Positions 29,052 through 39,003 of a DNA stretch of 59,211 bases are shown here, one piece after another. The position numbers and the translations under genes were made by a program. The number at the start of each line of letters is the position of its first letter. Position 1 is the stretch's first letter. The notes beneath the pieces are model-generated. The model made no database searches. It was not told the DNA's origin and saw only the letters and a program-made list of their open reading frames with translations. Source of the DNA: an uncultured Planctomycetia bacterium (lineage in GTDB: Bacteria; Omnitrophota; Gorgyraeia; CAYVEO01); the NCBI GenBank assembly GCA_964449965.1, contig CAYVEO010000004.1, positions 213 through 59,423 on the forward strand, in the 5' to 3' direction.

Positions 29052-30379
29052 TAATACGAAGGGAGAGTGATGTGAATAAGATATGGTTCGTAAAACAGGT
29101 TAGTGTCATTATCATTACTCTTATGGTTTTGGCTGGATGTGGAGGTGAACACGGTACCGGTGATGGTAAAATACACATACGATGGGGAGCAGATAAAAAT
29201 CCCATCCGCATGGAGCAGATAGCCATTTTTGAGAAGAATAACCCGGATATTAAAGTGGATCTTGATTGGGGTTCATACACAATGGAGCGACTTCTGACCC
29301 AGATTGCAGGCGGCACCCCACCAGATATCTTCATGGTATACGGCCATGGGGATTTTATGGAATTATGCAAGAAAGGTGTTTTGGAGGACTTGACGCAGTT
29401 CTGCAAAAAATACAATCTGGATTTAGACGATTTCTGGCATGGCTCTGAGATATGGATAGAGTATGAGGGCAAGGTATATGGATTACCGGAAGTAATATCC
29501 CCAGATGTTCTATTTTATAATAAAAAACTTTTCAAGGAGGCAGATATACCTTTCCCATCAGAAGAATGGAAATGGGATGACCTTCTGCAAGCAGCCAAGA
29601 ATCTTACTCAAAAGGATAAAACAGGCAGTTACAGGCGGTTCGGATTGATGTATGACAACTGGTGGGGAATCTTAATCTGGCAAAATGGTGGCGAGATTTT
29701 CGACTCCGGTGGTAATTGTGTTATTAATTCGCCTGAGGCAAAAGAAGCGATTAGGTTTTATTATGATTTAATTTTTACCCATCATGTAATACCATCTGGT
29801 GCTGAGATGTCAAGTCTGGGGTCAGGAACTGCTGCTGCGGGTACTCAATTTGGCAGTTCGTCCGACCTTTTTGCCATGGGGAAAGTGGCTATGTTTCATA
29901 CTGAGCGTTTTCGGACGATAATTTTCAGGAAATATAGGGATTTAGACTGGGGAATTGCTCCTTCACCAAAGGGGAAAAATAGGGTGACTTTTATGGGGAT
30001 GCACAATAATGTTATACCTGCTGCCGGTAAACATAAAGAGGCAGCCTTTAAATTTTTAATGTCTCTTATAAGTAAAGAAAGTCAGATTTTGGTATCAAAC
30101 TATGGCGAGGCTGTTCCAAGTAGAAAGTCTATAGCAGATACCAAAGAATTCTTATTTAACCTGCAGTATCCTGATGAGAAAGATAATCAGGTGTATTTAG
30201 ACTCATTGAAATATGCCAGACCATTTATGGTACCGAATAATACACCCTATTTTGATGCCATTAACGTAATAAATAGAGAGTTTGAAAAAATGACTGTAGG
30301 CCTAAAAAACCCAGAAGAGACATTAGATAAAATCGCTGGGGATATCAATAAATTGCCCAAATTTTCTAATAATAAGTGA
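29048..30379 (+). CDS. Sugar ABC transporter substrate-binding lipoprotein
   Basis: Lipobox LAGC, PPDIF, YGLP, LFYNKKLF, WKWDD; start may be GTG 29072. Confidence 0.88.
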   Translation: MIIRRESDVNKIWFVKQVSVIIITLMVLAGCGGEHGTGDGKIHIRWGADKNPIRMEQIAIFEKNNPDIKVDLDWGSYTMERLLTQIAGGTPPDIFMVYGHGDFMELCKKGVLEDLTQFCKKYNLDLDDFWHGSEIWIEYEGKVYGLPEVISPDVLFYNKKLFKEADIPFPSEEWKWDDLLQAAKNLTQKDKTGSYRRFGLMYDNWWGILIWQNGGEIFDSGGNCVINSPEAKEAIRFYYDLIFTHHVIPSGAEMSSLGSGTAAAGTQFGSSSDLFAMGKVAMFHTERFRTIIFRKYRDLDWGIAPSPKGKNRVTFMGMHNNVIPAAGKHKEAAFKFLMSLISKESQILVSNYGEAVPSRKSIADTKEFLFNLQYPDEKDNQVYLDSLKYARPFMVPNNTPYFDAINVINREFEKMTVGLKNPEETLDKIAGDINKLPKFSNNK

Positions 30380-30386
30380 TTACATT

Positions 30387-31280
30387 ATGATAATAGATGC
30401 ACACAATCATCCGGATTGGCATGGACACAACCTGCTCAAGTTCCTTGAGAATATGGCAAGATACAACATTGATAAGACTTGGCTCTTAAGCTGGGAGTGT
30501 CCAAAAGATGAATACGACCCAACTTATAATAAGTATTGTGTTCAAGATGATAGTAATGGACCAATTCCCTTCTATAAGTGTTTATCTTATGTTGAACAAG
30601 CCCCTGATAAATTTATATTAGGATATGCACCTAATCCGAAAAGACCTGAAGCAATTGATCAACTTGAAGCGGCAGTGGAAATTTATGGTGTACGCCTCTA
30701 TGGGGAGTTAAAGTTACGCATGATGTATGACGACCTTGATGTTTTACGAATGTTTCGTTTTTGTGGCAAAAAAAGTTTACCTGTGACGGTGCATGTTGAT
30801 TACGAGTTTGATACAGGCATAAGATATCCTCGACCTAATTGGTGGTATGGTGGCGGGATAGAAGTTTTCGAGCGCGCGATAAGAGGTTGTCCTCAAACTA
30901 TTTTTCTTGGACATGGTCCAGGATTTTGGTCGCATATTTCAGGGGATGACCAGTATAATAAGGTTCTTTATCCTACGGGCAAGGTTCTTTCAAGTGGGAA
31001 GATTATTGATATGCTGCGTATGTATCAGAATCTGTATTGCGACCTTTCATCCACCTCGGGATGTAATGCCCTAAAACGTGATCCAGAATTTGCTAAAGAC
31101 TTTTTATTAGAGTTCCAAGATCGCATACTTTATGCCAGAGATTATTTTGATAATATTCATCAGGGATTTTTAAATTCTCTTGATTTGCCTGGAGATGTGC
31201 TTACGAAGATATATTCTGGAAATGCATTAAAACTTATACCACAGGACAAAACCGAGAAAGAGAGAGGGAAGAATGAATAA
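30387..31280 (+). CDS. Amidohydrolase_2-family metallo-hydrolase
   Basis: IIDAHNH, GELK, PVTVH, LGHGPG, NLYCDLS, RDYF. Confidence 0.85.
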   Translation: MIIDAHNHPDWHGHNLLKFLENMARYNIDKTWLLSWECPKDEYDPTYNKYCVQDDSNGPIPFYKCLSYVEQAPDKFILGYAPNPKRPEAIDQLEAAVEIYGVRLYGELKLRMMYDDLDVLRMFRFCGKKSLPVTVHVDYEFDTGIRYPRPNWWYGGGIEVFERAIRGCPQTIFLGHGPGFWSHISGDDQYNKVLYPTGKVLSSGKIIDMLRMYQNLYCDLSSTSGCNALKRDPEFAKDFLLEFQDRILYARDYFDNIHQGFLNSLDLPGDVLTKIYSGNALKLIPQDKTEKERGKNE

Positions 31281-32322
31281 GAAAACGAATAGTATCATCA
31301 ATGTTGGGATTGCCGGTTTGGGGCGAAGTGGATGGAATATTCATGCAAGTATGCTGGAGTCCTTATCGGATAAGTATCGTATAGTAGCTGTTCTTGATAG
31401 TGATAAAGTGAGACTTAAAGAAGCATCTGATAAATTCGGTTGCCGGATATACACGGAGTACAAAGATTTCTTAAAGTCCCCTGAGATTGAGTTGGTGGTA
31501 GTATCTGTACCAAGCCATCTTCATGCAGATTATAGCATAGAGGCTTTGAAAGCAGGTAAAGATGTTGTTTGTGAGAAACCCATGGTAACTAAGTTAGTAG
31601 ATGCAGATAGTATGATTGAAATGGCAAAAACAACAAGACGAATATTAACCATATTTCAGAGTTGTCGTTACTCCCAGGACTTTCTTAAGATTAAAGAAGT
31701 AATACAATCAGGTAAATTAGGTCGTATCGTTATGATAAAAATGGCGTGGCACGGTTTCAGGCGGCGTTGGGATTGGCAGACCCTGAAAGAGTTTGGAGGT
31801 GGTGAACTGAACAATAATGCCTCTCATCTCATGGACCAGGCTCTTCAACTTTTTGGAGAAGCAGACCCCAAAATCTTCTGCCATCTAGAGCGGGTTTTAA
31901 CCTCAGGGGATGCAGAGGACCATGTAAAAGTTATCCTGCAGGCTCCTAATTCTCCTATGATTGACCTGGAAATTACCAGCGTCTGTGCCTATCCTCAAAA
32001 CACATGGTTAGTAATGGGAACTCAGGGCGGTTTGAGTGGTAATTGTGAGACGTTACACTGGAAGTATTTTGACTCTCAATATCTTCCACCACGGCCGGTA
32101 GATAAAAATCCTACACCAGACCGCAGTTATAATACCGAGCAGATACCATGGAAGGGAGAAGAAGTCTGGGAACTTTCCAAAGATAATGGAAAAGGTAAAA
32201 TTGGTTTTTACATTGACCTTTATAATACCTTGCTAAAAAATGCGCCGCTGGCTATTACTGCGGAAAGTGTGCGCCGCCAGATTGCTATTCTGGAAAAATG
32301 CCATGAATTATGTCCGGTATGA
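31273..32322 (+). CDS. Gfo/Idh/MocA-family oxidoreductase
   Basis: GIAGLGRSG, VVCEKP, GGGELNNNASHLMD. Confidence 0.9.
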   Translation: MNKKTNSIINVGIAGLGRSGWNIHASMLESLSDKYRIVAVLDSDKVRLKEASDKFGCRIYTEYKDFLKSPEIELVVVSVPSHLHADYSIEALKAGKDVVCEKPMVTKLVDADSMIEMAKTTRRILTIFQSCRYSQDFLKIKEVIQSGKLGRIVMIKMAWHGFRRRWDWQTLKEFGGGELNNNASHLMDQALQLFGEADPKIFCHLERVLTSGDAEDHVKVILQAPNSPMIDLEITSVCAYPQNTWLVMGTQGGLSGNCETLHWKYFDSQYLPPRPVDKNPTPDRSYNTEQIPWKGEEVWELSKDNGKGKIGFYIDLYNTLLKNAPLAITAESVRRQIAILEKCHELCPV

Positions 32323-32417
32323 TAAGGAGGATGCTTTTCTTTTATAGATTCAAAGACGATGAAGAAAAAGCTGAAAAATTCCTGGATTTATTATAGGAAT
32401 AATAGGGCAAAAACATT

Positions 32418-33371
32418 ATGAATAAATTAAAACTCGGTATGATTGGTCTTGACACATCACACTGTCCAGCATTTGTTGAGTTACTTAATAATGAAAGTAG
32501 TCCCCATCATGTTAAAGGTGGTCAGATAGTTGTGGCTTATCCAGGCGGCAGCGAAGCATTCTCCCTGAGCAAAAATAGGGTTGAGCAATTCACAACGCAA
32601 ATGAGAGACGAATTCAACATTCCAATTGTAGATTCAATTGAGGCAGCAACCAAAGATGTTGATGGTATCTTTCTGGAAAGCGTTGATGGGCGTCAGCACG
32701 CAGAGCAATTTGAAAAGATTGCAATGTTTGGGAAACCGGTTTTTATAGACAAACCATTTGCAACAAGTGTTGAGGATGCAAAACAGATTGTAGAATTGTC
32801 AGAAAAATTTAAGGCGCCTGTATATTCCTGTTCTTCAATAAGATATGCTCGTGGGATTGAGAATATAGAGCGTGCAGAGAAAGTATTTGGCTGTGAGGTA
32901 TTTGGACCTATGTCTATTCTTGAAGATTTCCCCGGGTTTTTCTGGTATGGTATTCATAGTGCTGAGGTTTTGTTTTCCAAAATGGGTAGTGGTTGTCATG
33001 AAGTAGATGTACAGCATACGGAAACAGCGGACATTATAATAGGCATTTGGAAAGATGGCAGGGTAGGAACATTGTATGGTTATCGAATATCCAAACTCGG
33101 GAGTTTTGGCTGTACTGTTTTTACTGAGGGTGGCATTTTTCAAGGTGTGGCACAATCGGAACCACCTTACTATGCAGCGATGATGCCTAATATTTTAGAA
33201 TTCTTCCGTAGTGGTAAGTCACCCATTGATCTTACAGAGACATTAGAAATCATAACATTTTTGGAAGCAGCAAATAAGAGCAGGCAGATAGGTAATCCTG
33301 TGCAATGCAGGAATACTACCTCATATACGATGGCGGGAAACCTTATTGTCGATAGAGGAGACACTAAATAA
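32418..33371 (+). CDS. Gfo/Idh/MocA-family oxidoreductase
   Basis: GMIGLDTSH, SVDGRQH, PVFIDKP, WYGIH. Confidence 0.88.
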   Translation: MNKLKLGMIGLDTSHCPAFVELLNNESSPHHVKGGQIVVAYPGGSEAFSLSKNRVEQFTTQMRDEFNIPIVDSIEAATKDVDGIFLESVDGRQHAEQFEKIAMFGKPVFIDKPFATSVEDAKQIVELSEKFKAPVYSCSSIRYARGIENIERAEKVFGCEVFGPMSILEDFPGFFWYGIHSAEVLFSKMGSGCHEVDVQHTETADIIIGIWKDGRVGTLYGYRISKLGSFGCTVFTEGGIFQGVAQSEPPYYAAMMPNILEFFRSGKSPIDLTETLEIITFLEAANKSRQIGNPVQCRNTTSYTMAGNLIVDRGDTK

Positions 33372-33518
33372 TCTGAATAATATAATGTCCGTTTCTAATC
33401 ATGAGATGAGTTTTTTGAAAAACTCGGTCATATTCCTCCCGAAAAATAATAATAGAATAATACAAAAAAACTTGCAGGGTAGTATTGAAAGTAATAACAA
33501 ACTGAAAGGAATAAGATT

Positions 33519-34418
33519 ATGCCATTGGTATCTATGAAGGATATGCTTAAGAAGGCAAGAAGGGGTGGATATGCGGTTGGATATTTTGAGGCATGGAATG
33601 AGGAATCTTTAGAGGCGGTGATAGATGCAGCTGAAGAGACAGACTCGCCGGTTATTATTGGATGCGGCGGCAGTATGGCAGACCAGGACTGGTTCAATAG
33701 ACACGGCTTGAGATACTTTGCTGCATTAGGAAAAGAGGCGGCGTCTCAATCTAAGGTTCCTGTGGCATTGCTCTTGAATGAGGTGCCTGCGTTTGAGCAG
33801 ATAGTGGAGGGGATTAAGGCAGGATTTAACGTGATTATGATGGATACCTCAAAGTTTCCATTTAAGAAAAATTTAGAGATTACAAAGAAGATAGTAAAGA
33901 TTGCTCATCCTAATGGGGTTTCGGTAGAGGCAGAATTAGGCGAGTTACCCATGGCTAAGAATGGCAAGATTCATATTAGTTCAGAGTCTGATAATATGAC
34001 AGACCCTGAAGAAGCCGCTATATTTGCGGAAGAAACTGGTGTGGATGCGTTGTCAGTGTCTATTGGCAATGTGCATGTCTTGACTAAGGGTAAGGCGAGG
34101 ATAGATTTAGAGAGATTAAGTGAGATAAGGGATAGGGTTGATATTCCCCTCGTGATACATGGCGGGACAGGTTTCCCTGCGGATGCAGTAAGGAAGGTAA
34201 TTAGACTTGGGGTTTGTAAGTTTAATGTAGGGACGATATTGAAAAAGATTTATCTTGAAGAGACAAAGAAAGATGTAAGTAAGATAAATGAGTTGAACCA
34301 GATACAACAATTGGTCGGGTCAAGGGGGAAGAAGGATATATTTCGTAAAGCCGCGCTTGAGATGAAGAAAAAGGTCAAGTATTTCATGAAACTGTATGGT
34401 TCCTGGGGTAAGGCTTAA
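33519..34418 (+). CDS. Class II fructose/tagatose-bisphosphate aldolase-family protein with an atypical active site
   Basis: YAVG.F, VEAELG, TDPEEA, IGNVH, LVIHGGTG, KFNVGT; LLLNE in place of LHLDH. Confidence 0.85.
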   Translation: MPLVSMKDMLKKARRGGYAVGYFEAWNEESLEAVIDAAEETDSPVIIGCGGSMADQDWFNRHGLRYFAALGKEAASQSKVPVALLLNEVPAFEQIVEGIKAGFNVIMMDTSKFPFKKNLEITKKIVKIAHPNGVSVEAELGELPMAKNGKIHISSESDNMTDPEEAAIFAEETGVDALSVSIGNVHVLTKGKARIDLERLSEIRDRVDIPLVIHGGTGFPADAVRKVIRLGVCKFNVGTILKKIYLEETKKDVSKINELNQIQQLVGSRGKKDIFRKAALEMKKKVKYFMKLYGSWGKA

Positions 34419-34435
34419 AATTTTTCCAAAAATAC

Positions 34436-34464
34436 TTGACAGAAATAGTAAAGTATGGTATATT
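34436..34464 (+). promoter_or_regulatory. sigma70 promoter of the sulfur operon
   Basis: TTGACA-N17-TATATT with an extended TG. Confidence 0.75.
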
Positions 34465-34476
34465 TAAAATAACAAT

Positions 34477-34501
34477 TAACTTGACTAAAGTAGTAGGATA
34501 T
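34477..34501. promoter_or_regulatory. Putative Rrf2-family (IscR type-1 / CymR-like) operator
   Basis: TAACTTGACTAAAGTAGTAGGATAT matches 20 of 25 positions of the IscR type-1 consensus as recalled (ATASYYGACTRWWWYAGTCRRSTAT). Confidence 0.55.
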
Positions 34502-34571
34502 AACTAAGTTTACAGTGAACAGCTTACAGTTTACAGAATAGTGGACAGTTGAGAGGGGGAGAGATAGAAGG

Positions 34572-36305
34572 ATGTTGGATAATATAAAGCAAGAAGTGAT
34601 TGAAACAGACATATTGATTATAGGAGGGGGGACTGCGGGCTGTCTTGCTGCAGTAGAGGCAAGGGAGAAGAACCCAAACCTTAAGGTAACAATTATGGAG
34701 AAGGCACACATTAACAGGAGCGGCTGCCTTGCTGCCGGGATGAATGCCTTGAACGTCTATTTAAATCCTGGTGAGACCCCTGAGAGTTTTGTTAAATACG
34801 TCCGATACGATGCCATGGGACTTATCAGGGAAGACCTCGTCCTTTCAACTGCCAAAGAGATAAATAGTACAGTTCAGAAGGTGGAGAAATGGGGACTCCC
34901 TATACATAAGGATGAAAAGGGCCAGTATCAGAAACGCGGCAGGTGGAATATAAAGATAGACGGCGAATCATTAAAACCTATCATCGCAAAGGCTGCTAAG
35001 AGGTCCGGGGCAACGATACTTAACTGGACAGTTGCTACAAATTATCTGACGTCAAATGGCACTGTAACAGGTGCAACAGGATTTGGGTTGAGGGATGGTA
35101 AGTTTTACATAATTAAGGCAAAGGCAACCATAGTGGCTACTGGCGGTGCATCAGGCATTTATAAACCTAATAATACAGACGGTGCACACCATGTTATGTG
35201 GTATTCCCCGTTTAATACCGGCAGCGGCTATGCAATGGGTATAAGAGCAGGGGCTGAGATGACATCATTTGAAATGAGGTTTATTGCCTTGAGGACCAAA
35301 GATACGATATGTCCTACAGGGACCCTTGCACTTGGTTTTGGTGCACAACAGGTAAACGCTAAAGGTGAGCAGTTTATGAAGACGCGGTTTGCACATCTTG
35401 GTGGTGAAGGTGCTCCGACGCCGCTCAGGGCATACGGGCCAACGATGGAGGTTAAAGAGGGCAGAGGTCCGTGTTTCATGGATACCAGACACCTTACACC
35501 TGAGAGGATGAGGGAACTGAAGACGTCTTATCTTGACATGTATCCGAATATCGTTCTATACTGGGCTGCTAATAAGATAGACCCAACTAAGGAACCTATT
35601 GAGATATGCGGGACAGAGCCATATATAATGGGTGGCCATTGCCAGGCAGGTTATTGGATAACGGCTGACAGGGCAGCGACTTTGAAGGGGTTATTTGCCT
35701 GTGGTGATGTGGCTGGTGGTGCACCTTATAAATTTGTCCCCGGATGCTGGGTTGAAGGTATTCTATCTGCAAGGTCTGCTGTTAAGTTCATAGAGGCAAG
35801 TCAGGCTCAGATAGGGCTGAATGAGAAAGAGATTGAATCTGAAAAAGAAAGGGTCTTTCTGCCGATAGGGCGTTTTGAGAAGGAAGTAGAGGGCGTTACA
35901 CCCAAAGAGATGGAGGAGCGGCTCCAGAAGGTAATGGATGAGTATGCAGGTGGCGTAAACACATTCTATGAGATGAACGAAGAGCGGCTGCTCGTTGCCT
36001 TGAAACAGTTAGATAGGATAGAATCTCAAGAGAAGTATCTTGTAGCATCTAACCTGCATGAATTGATGCTCTGCCATGACGTGATTGACCGCATAGAGGT
36101 TGCAAAGGTTTTGGTAAGGCATCTTATATACAGGAAAGAGACGCGCTGGCCCTGTTATCAGACGAGGATTGATTATCCTCACAGGGATGACTTTAACTGG
36201 CTAAAATTCGTTAATTCTAAGAAGAACTTAAAGACAGGTGATATTGAAGTATTTACCCGTCCTTATGAGCAAATTGTGCCAGGGGACAGGTATCAACCGA
36301 GGTAA
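34572..36305 (+). CDS. aprA: Adenylylsulfate reductase alpha subunit (short, probably assimilatory type)
   Basis: DILIIGGGTAGC, KAHINRSG, GESLKPI, WYSPFNTGS, AEMTSFE, RKETRWP. Confidence 0.92.
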   Translation: MLDNIKQEVIETDILIIGGGTAGCLAAVEAREKNPNLKVTIMEKAHINRSGCLAAGMNALNVYLNPGETPESFVKYVRYDAMGLIREDLVLSTAKEINSTVQKVEKWGLPIHKDEKGQYQKRGRWNIKIDGESLKPIIAKAAKRSGATILNWTVATNYLTSNGTVTGATGFGLRDGKFYIIKAKATIVATGGASGIYKPNNTDGAHHVMWYSPFNTGSGYAMGIRAGAEMTSFEMRFIALRTKDTICPTGTLALGFGAQQVNAKGEQFMKTRFAHLGGEGAPTPLRAYGPTMEVKEGRGPCFMDTRHLTPERMRELKTSYLDMYPNIVLYWAANKIDPTKEPIEICGTEPYIMGGHCQAGYWITADRAATLKGLFACGDVAGGAPYKFVPGCWVEGILSARSAVKFIEASQAQIGLNEKEIESEKERVFLPIGRFEKEVEGVTPKEMEERLQKVMDEYAGGVNTFYEMNEERLLVALKQLDRIESQEKYLVASNLHELMLCHDVIDRIEVAKVLVRHLIYRKETRWPCYQTRIDYPHRDDFNWLKFVNSKKNLKTGDIEVFTRPYEQIVPGDRYQPR

Positions 36306-36315
36306 GGAGAAGACT

Positions 36316-36624
36316 ATGGCGATATTGGTAGATGAAAAGAAATGCACTGGATGCGGGGCGTGTGTGATATGCCCTGGCGACCTGATGGCGCTTAATAAAG
36401 ATACGAGGAAGGCATATATCAAGGAACAGAGGGATTGCTGGAACTGTATGGCGTGTGTCAAGGAATGTCCTGTCGGGGCACTTACACTTAAACTCCCATA
36501 CCAGTTAGCAAATTATAAGGCGACCCTTATGCCGGAAGTATTTGAAGACCATATCAAATGGACCCTTACTGATATGGATGGAAAGACAGAGGAATTTGTG
36601 ATTAAAACATTAGAGAAGAGGTGA
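36316..36624 (+). CDS. aprB: Adenylylsulfate reductase beta subunit (2x[4Fe-4S])
   Basis: [15 protein letters not shown] and [12 protein letters not shown]; SD AAGGAG before ATG 36316. Confidence 0.9.
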   Translation: MAILVDEKKCTGCGACVICPGDLMALNKDTRKAYIKEQRDCWNCMACVKECPVGALTLKLPYQLANYKATLMPEVFEDHIKWTLTDMDGKTEEFVIKTLEKR

Positions 36625-36634
36625 CAGGAGGGGA

Positions 36635-37780
36635 ATGGAACAGATTAAACCGCATGGCGGGGTGCTTGTCCATAGATTGGTCAAGGATTCTGAAAGGGAT
36701 TCACTTGTAGAAAAGGCTAAAGGGCTTAAGACTGTCTTGCTTGACCAATGGGCTATTTCAGATTTGGAGATGATTGCAGTAGGGGCATTTAGCCCGCTTG
36801 AAGGATTCATGGGTAAAGAGGACTATAAGAATGTCCTGGATATGAAACGCCTGTCCAACGGACTGCCGTGGACGATACCTATAACGCTTTCTGCCACTAA
36901 GGAAAAGTCCTCTACTCTCAAAGAGGGTGAGGATATAGCGTTACTGGGTCAGGATAAGGCATTATTGGCTGTCTTACTTCTTCAGGAAAAATTCAATCAC
37001 GATAAGGAAAAAGAGGCTCTGGAGGTGTATGGGACTAATGATACCCAGCACCCTGGTGTAGCAAGGGTATATAAGATGGGTGAGGTGCTTTTGGGCGGGA
37101 AGATAAGTGTCCTGCAGTTACCTAAGCACGAGAATTTTTTAAATTATCGGCTCACCCCGCACGAGACACGAAAAATATTCAGTGATAGAGGCTGGCGCAG
37201 GATAGTAGGTTTTCAGACGAGAAACCCTGTCCATCGGGCGCATGAGTATATCCAGAAATGCGCCCTGGAGACTGTAGATGGGCTGCTACTGCACCCTCTG
37301 GTAGGCGAGACCAAAGGGGATGATATACCTGCGGAATTGAGGATGAGATGTTATGAGGTGTTATTAGAGAATTATTATCCAAAAGACAGGGTGGTCCTTT
37401 CCGTATTGGCTGCTGCTATGAGATATGCAGGACCGAATGAGGCAATCTTCCATGCCATAATACGGAAAAATTATGGATGCACGCATTTTATAGTAGGGAG
37501 GGACCACGCAGGGGTCGGTAAATATTATGGCCCATTTGATGCCCATTATATATTTGATGAATTTGAGCCCGGGGAATTGGGCATTACACCGCTCTTCTTT
37601 GATTTTACTTTCTATTGCAAGATATGTAACGGAATGGCATCTTATAAATCCTGTCCGCATGATTCATCTAATCACGTCTCATTGAGCGGGACCAAGGTGA
37701 GGGAGATGCTTAAATCGGGTCAGATACCACCGCCTGAGTTTACGAGGCGCGAAGTGGCTGAGATATTATTGAAGGCATAA
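36635..37780 (+). CDS. sat: Sulfate adenylyltransferase
   Basis: [38 protein letters not shown]. Confidence 0.96.
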   Translation: MEQIKPHGGVLVHRLVKDSERDSLVEKAKGLKTVLLDQWAISDLEMIAVGAFSPLEGFMGKEDYKNVLDMKRLSNGLPWTIPITLSATKEKSSTLKEGEDIALLGQDKALLAVLLLQEKFNHDKEKEALEVYGTNDTQHPGVARVYKMGEVLLGGKISVLQLPKHENFLNYRLTPHETRKIFSDRGWRRIVGFQTRNPVHRAHEYIQKCALETVDGLLLHPLVGETKGDDIPAELRMRCYEVLLENYYPKDRVVLSVLAAAMRYAGPNEAIFHAIIRKNYGCTHFIVGRDHAGVGKYYGPFDAHYIFDEFEPGELGITPLFFDFTFYCKICNGMASYKSCPHDSSNHVSLSGTKVREMLKSGQIPPPEFTRREVAEILLKA

Positions 37781-37782
37781 TC

Positions 37783-38754
37783 ATGCCGATTCTTTCACTG
37801 GTTGCTGTTGTAATATCGTTCTTTCTCGCAATGAATATCGGGGCATCCAATTCTGCGGCAGAGATGTCTGCTGCTTATGGGGCAGGGGTAAGGACAAAGA
37901 AACAGGCTGTTGCCCTTATTGCAATATTTGCCCTGTTGGGCGCACTGACTGTAGGTGATAAGGTAATCAAAACCCTTGGCAAGGGATTGATACCTGAAGG
38001 AATATTTATCCATAGTTTTGCGGCAGTTTTTATAGTCCTTCTCGTTACGACTATTTTTATATTCTTTGCCAATATTTTCAGGTCGCCTATTGCTACAACT
38101 CATGCTATCGTATGTTCTGTAATTGGCATAGGACTATATTACGGACAGTTGAATGGCGCCAAGGTTAGATACATTATAACATGGTGGGTCGCTACCCCGA
38201 TTATTTCGTTCATTCTAAACTATCTGGTAGGTAAATACCTCTATTTCCGGATATTGGATTTCCTTGCCAGATTTGGTTCTGAAGAGAGAATAAAAAAGAT
38301 TCTGGGTGTACTTATTACCGCCTCCGGGTGCTACATGGCATTTTCTGCCGGGACTAATAATGCTGCAAATTCTGTGGGGGCTATTGTGGGGGCAAATATC
38401 GTGAGCCCCCTTACCGGTGCGGTTATGGCCGGCATGGGCATGGGGCTTGGCGCCATCCTCTTTGGCGGCAGAATAATGGAGGCTGTAGGAAAGGGCATTA
38501 CTGAGATTGGTATAGTGCGTGCCATATTTGTAGAGACGATAGGTGCAACGTTAATATTTGTAGCATCACTTATGGGTATACCGGTCTCTCTTAATGAGAC
38601 TGTGACGTCCGGTATAATCGCTTTATCATGTGCAAGCAGAGGATTTCGTAAAACCGCAAGAAATGAACACGTGATGAGGATAGCATTTTTCTGGTTGGTC
38701 GCGCCGTTTCTGGCAGTTGCAATAAGTTATCTTTTGGCAAAATGGATAATGTGA
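37783..38754 (+). CDS. PiT-family permease (CysP-like, probable sulfate uptake)
   Basis: NIGASNSA and AGTNNAAN signature repeats; position in the sulfur operon. Confidence 0.8.
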   Translation: MPILSLVAVVISFFLAMNIGASNSAAEMSAAYGAGVRTKKQAVALIAIFALLGALTVGDKVIKTLGKGLIPEGIFIHSFAAVFIVLLVTTIFIFFANIFRSPIATTHAIVCSVIGIGLYYGQLNGAKVRYIITWWVATPIISFILNYLVGKYLYFRILDFLARFGSEERIKKILGVLITASGCYMAFSAGTNNAANSVGAIVGANIVSPLTGAVMAGMGMGLGAILFGGRIMEAVGKGITEIGIVRAIFVETIGATLIFVASLMGIPVSLNETVTSGIIALSCASRGFRKTARNEHVMRIAFFWLVAPFLAVAISYLLAKWIM

Positions 38755-38755
38755 T

Positions 38756-39001
38756 ATGGATGAAGATATTAAAATAAATCGTGATCTGAATTTGAAAGGG
38801 ACTATCTGCCCGTATAACTTTATTAAATCTAAATTGGCGATAGAGGATATGAAGGTGGGAGAGGTCCTGAGGATAGTAGTAGATTTTAAATCAGCTATTG
38901 ATGACGTGCCGCATGGAATGGAATTTGAGGGACATAAGATACTAAAAGTCTGCCAGTTAAACGATAAAGACTGGGAAATAATTGTAAGGAAGGAACGATA
39001 G
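38756..39001 (+). CDS. TusA/SirA-family sulfur carrier
   Basis: LNLKGTICPYNFIKSKLA..M..GEVL. Confidence 0.85.
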   Translation: MDEDIKINRDLNLKGTICPYNFIKSKLAIEDMKVGEVLRIVVDFKSAIDDVPHGMEFEGHKILKVCQLNDKDWEIIVRKER

Positions 39002-39003
39002 GG

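Noticed and set aside
34572-37780. Dissimilatory sulfate reduction or sulfur oxidation inferred from aprAB-sat
   Set aside because: No qmo, aprM or dsr genes in the window; co-transcribed with cysteine-synthesis genes behind an Rrf2-like box
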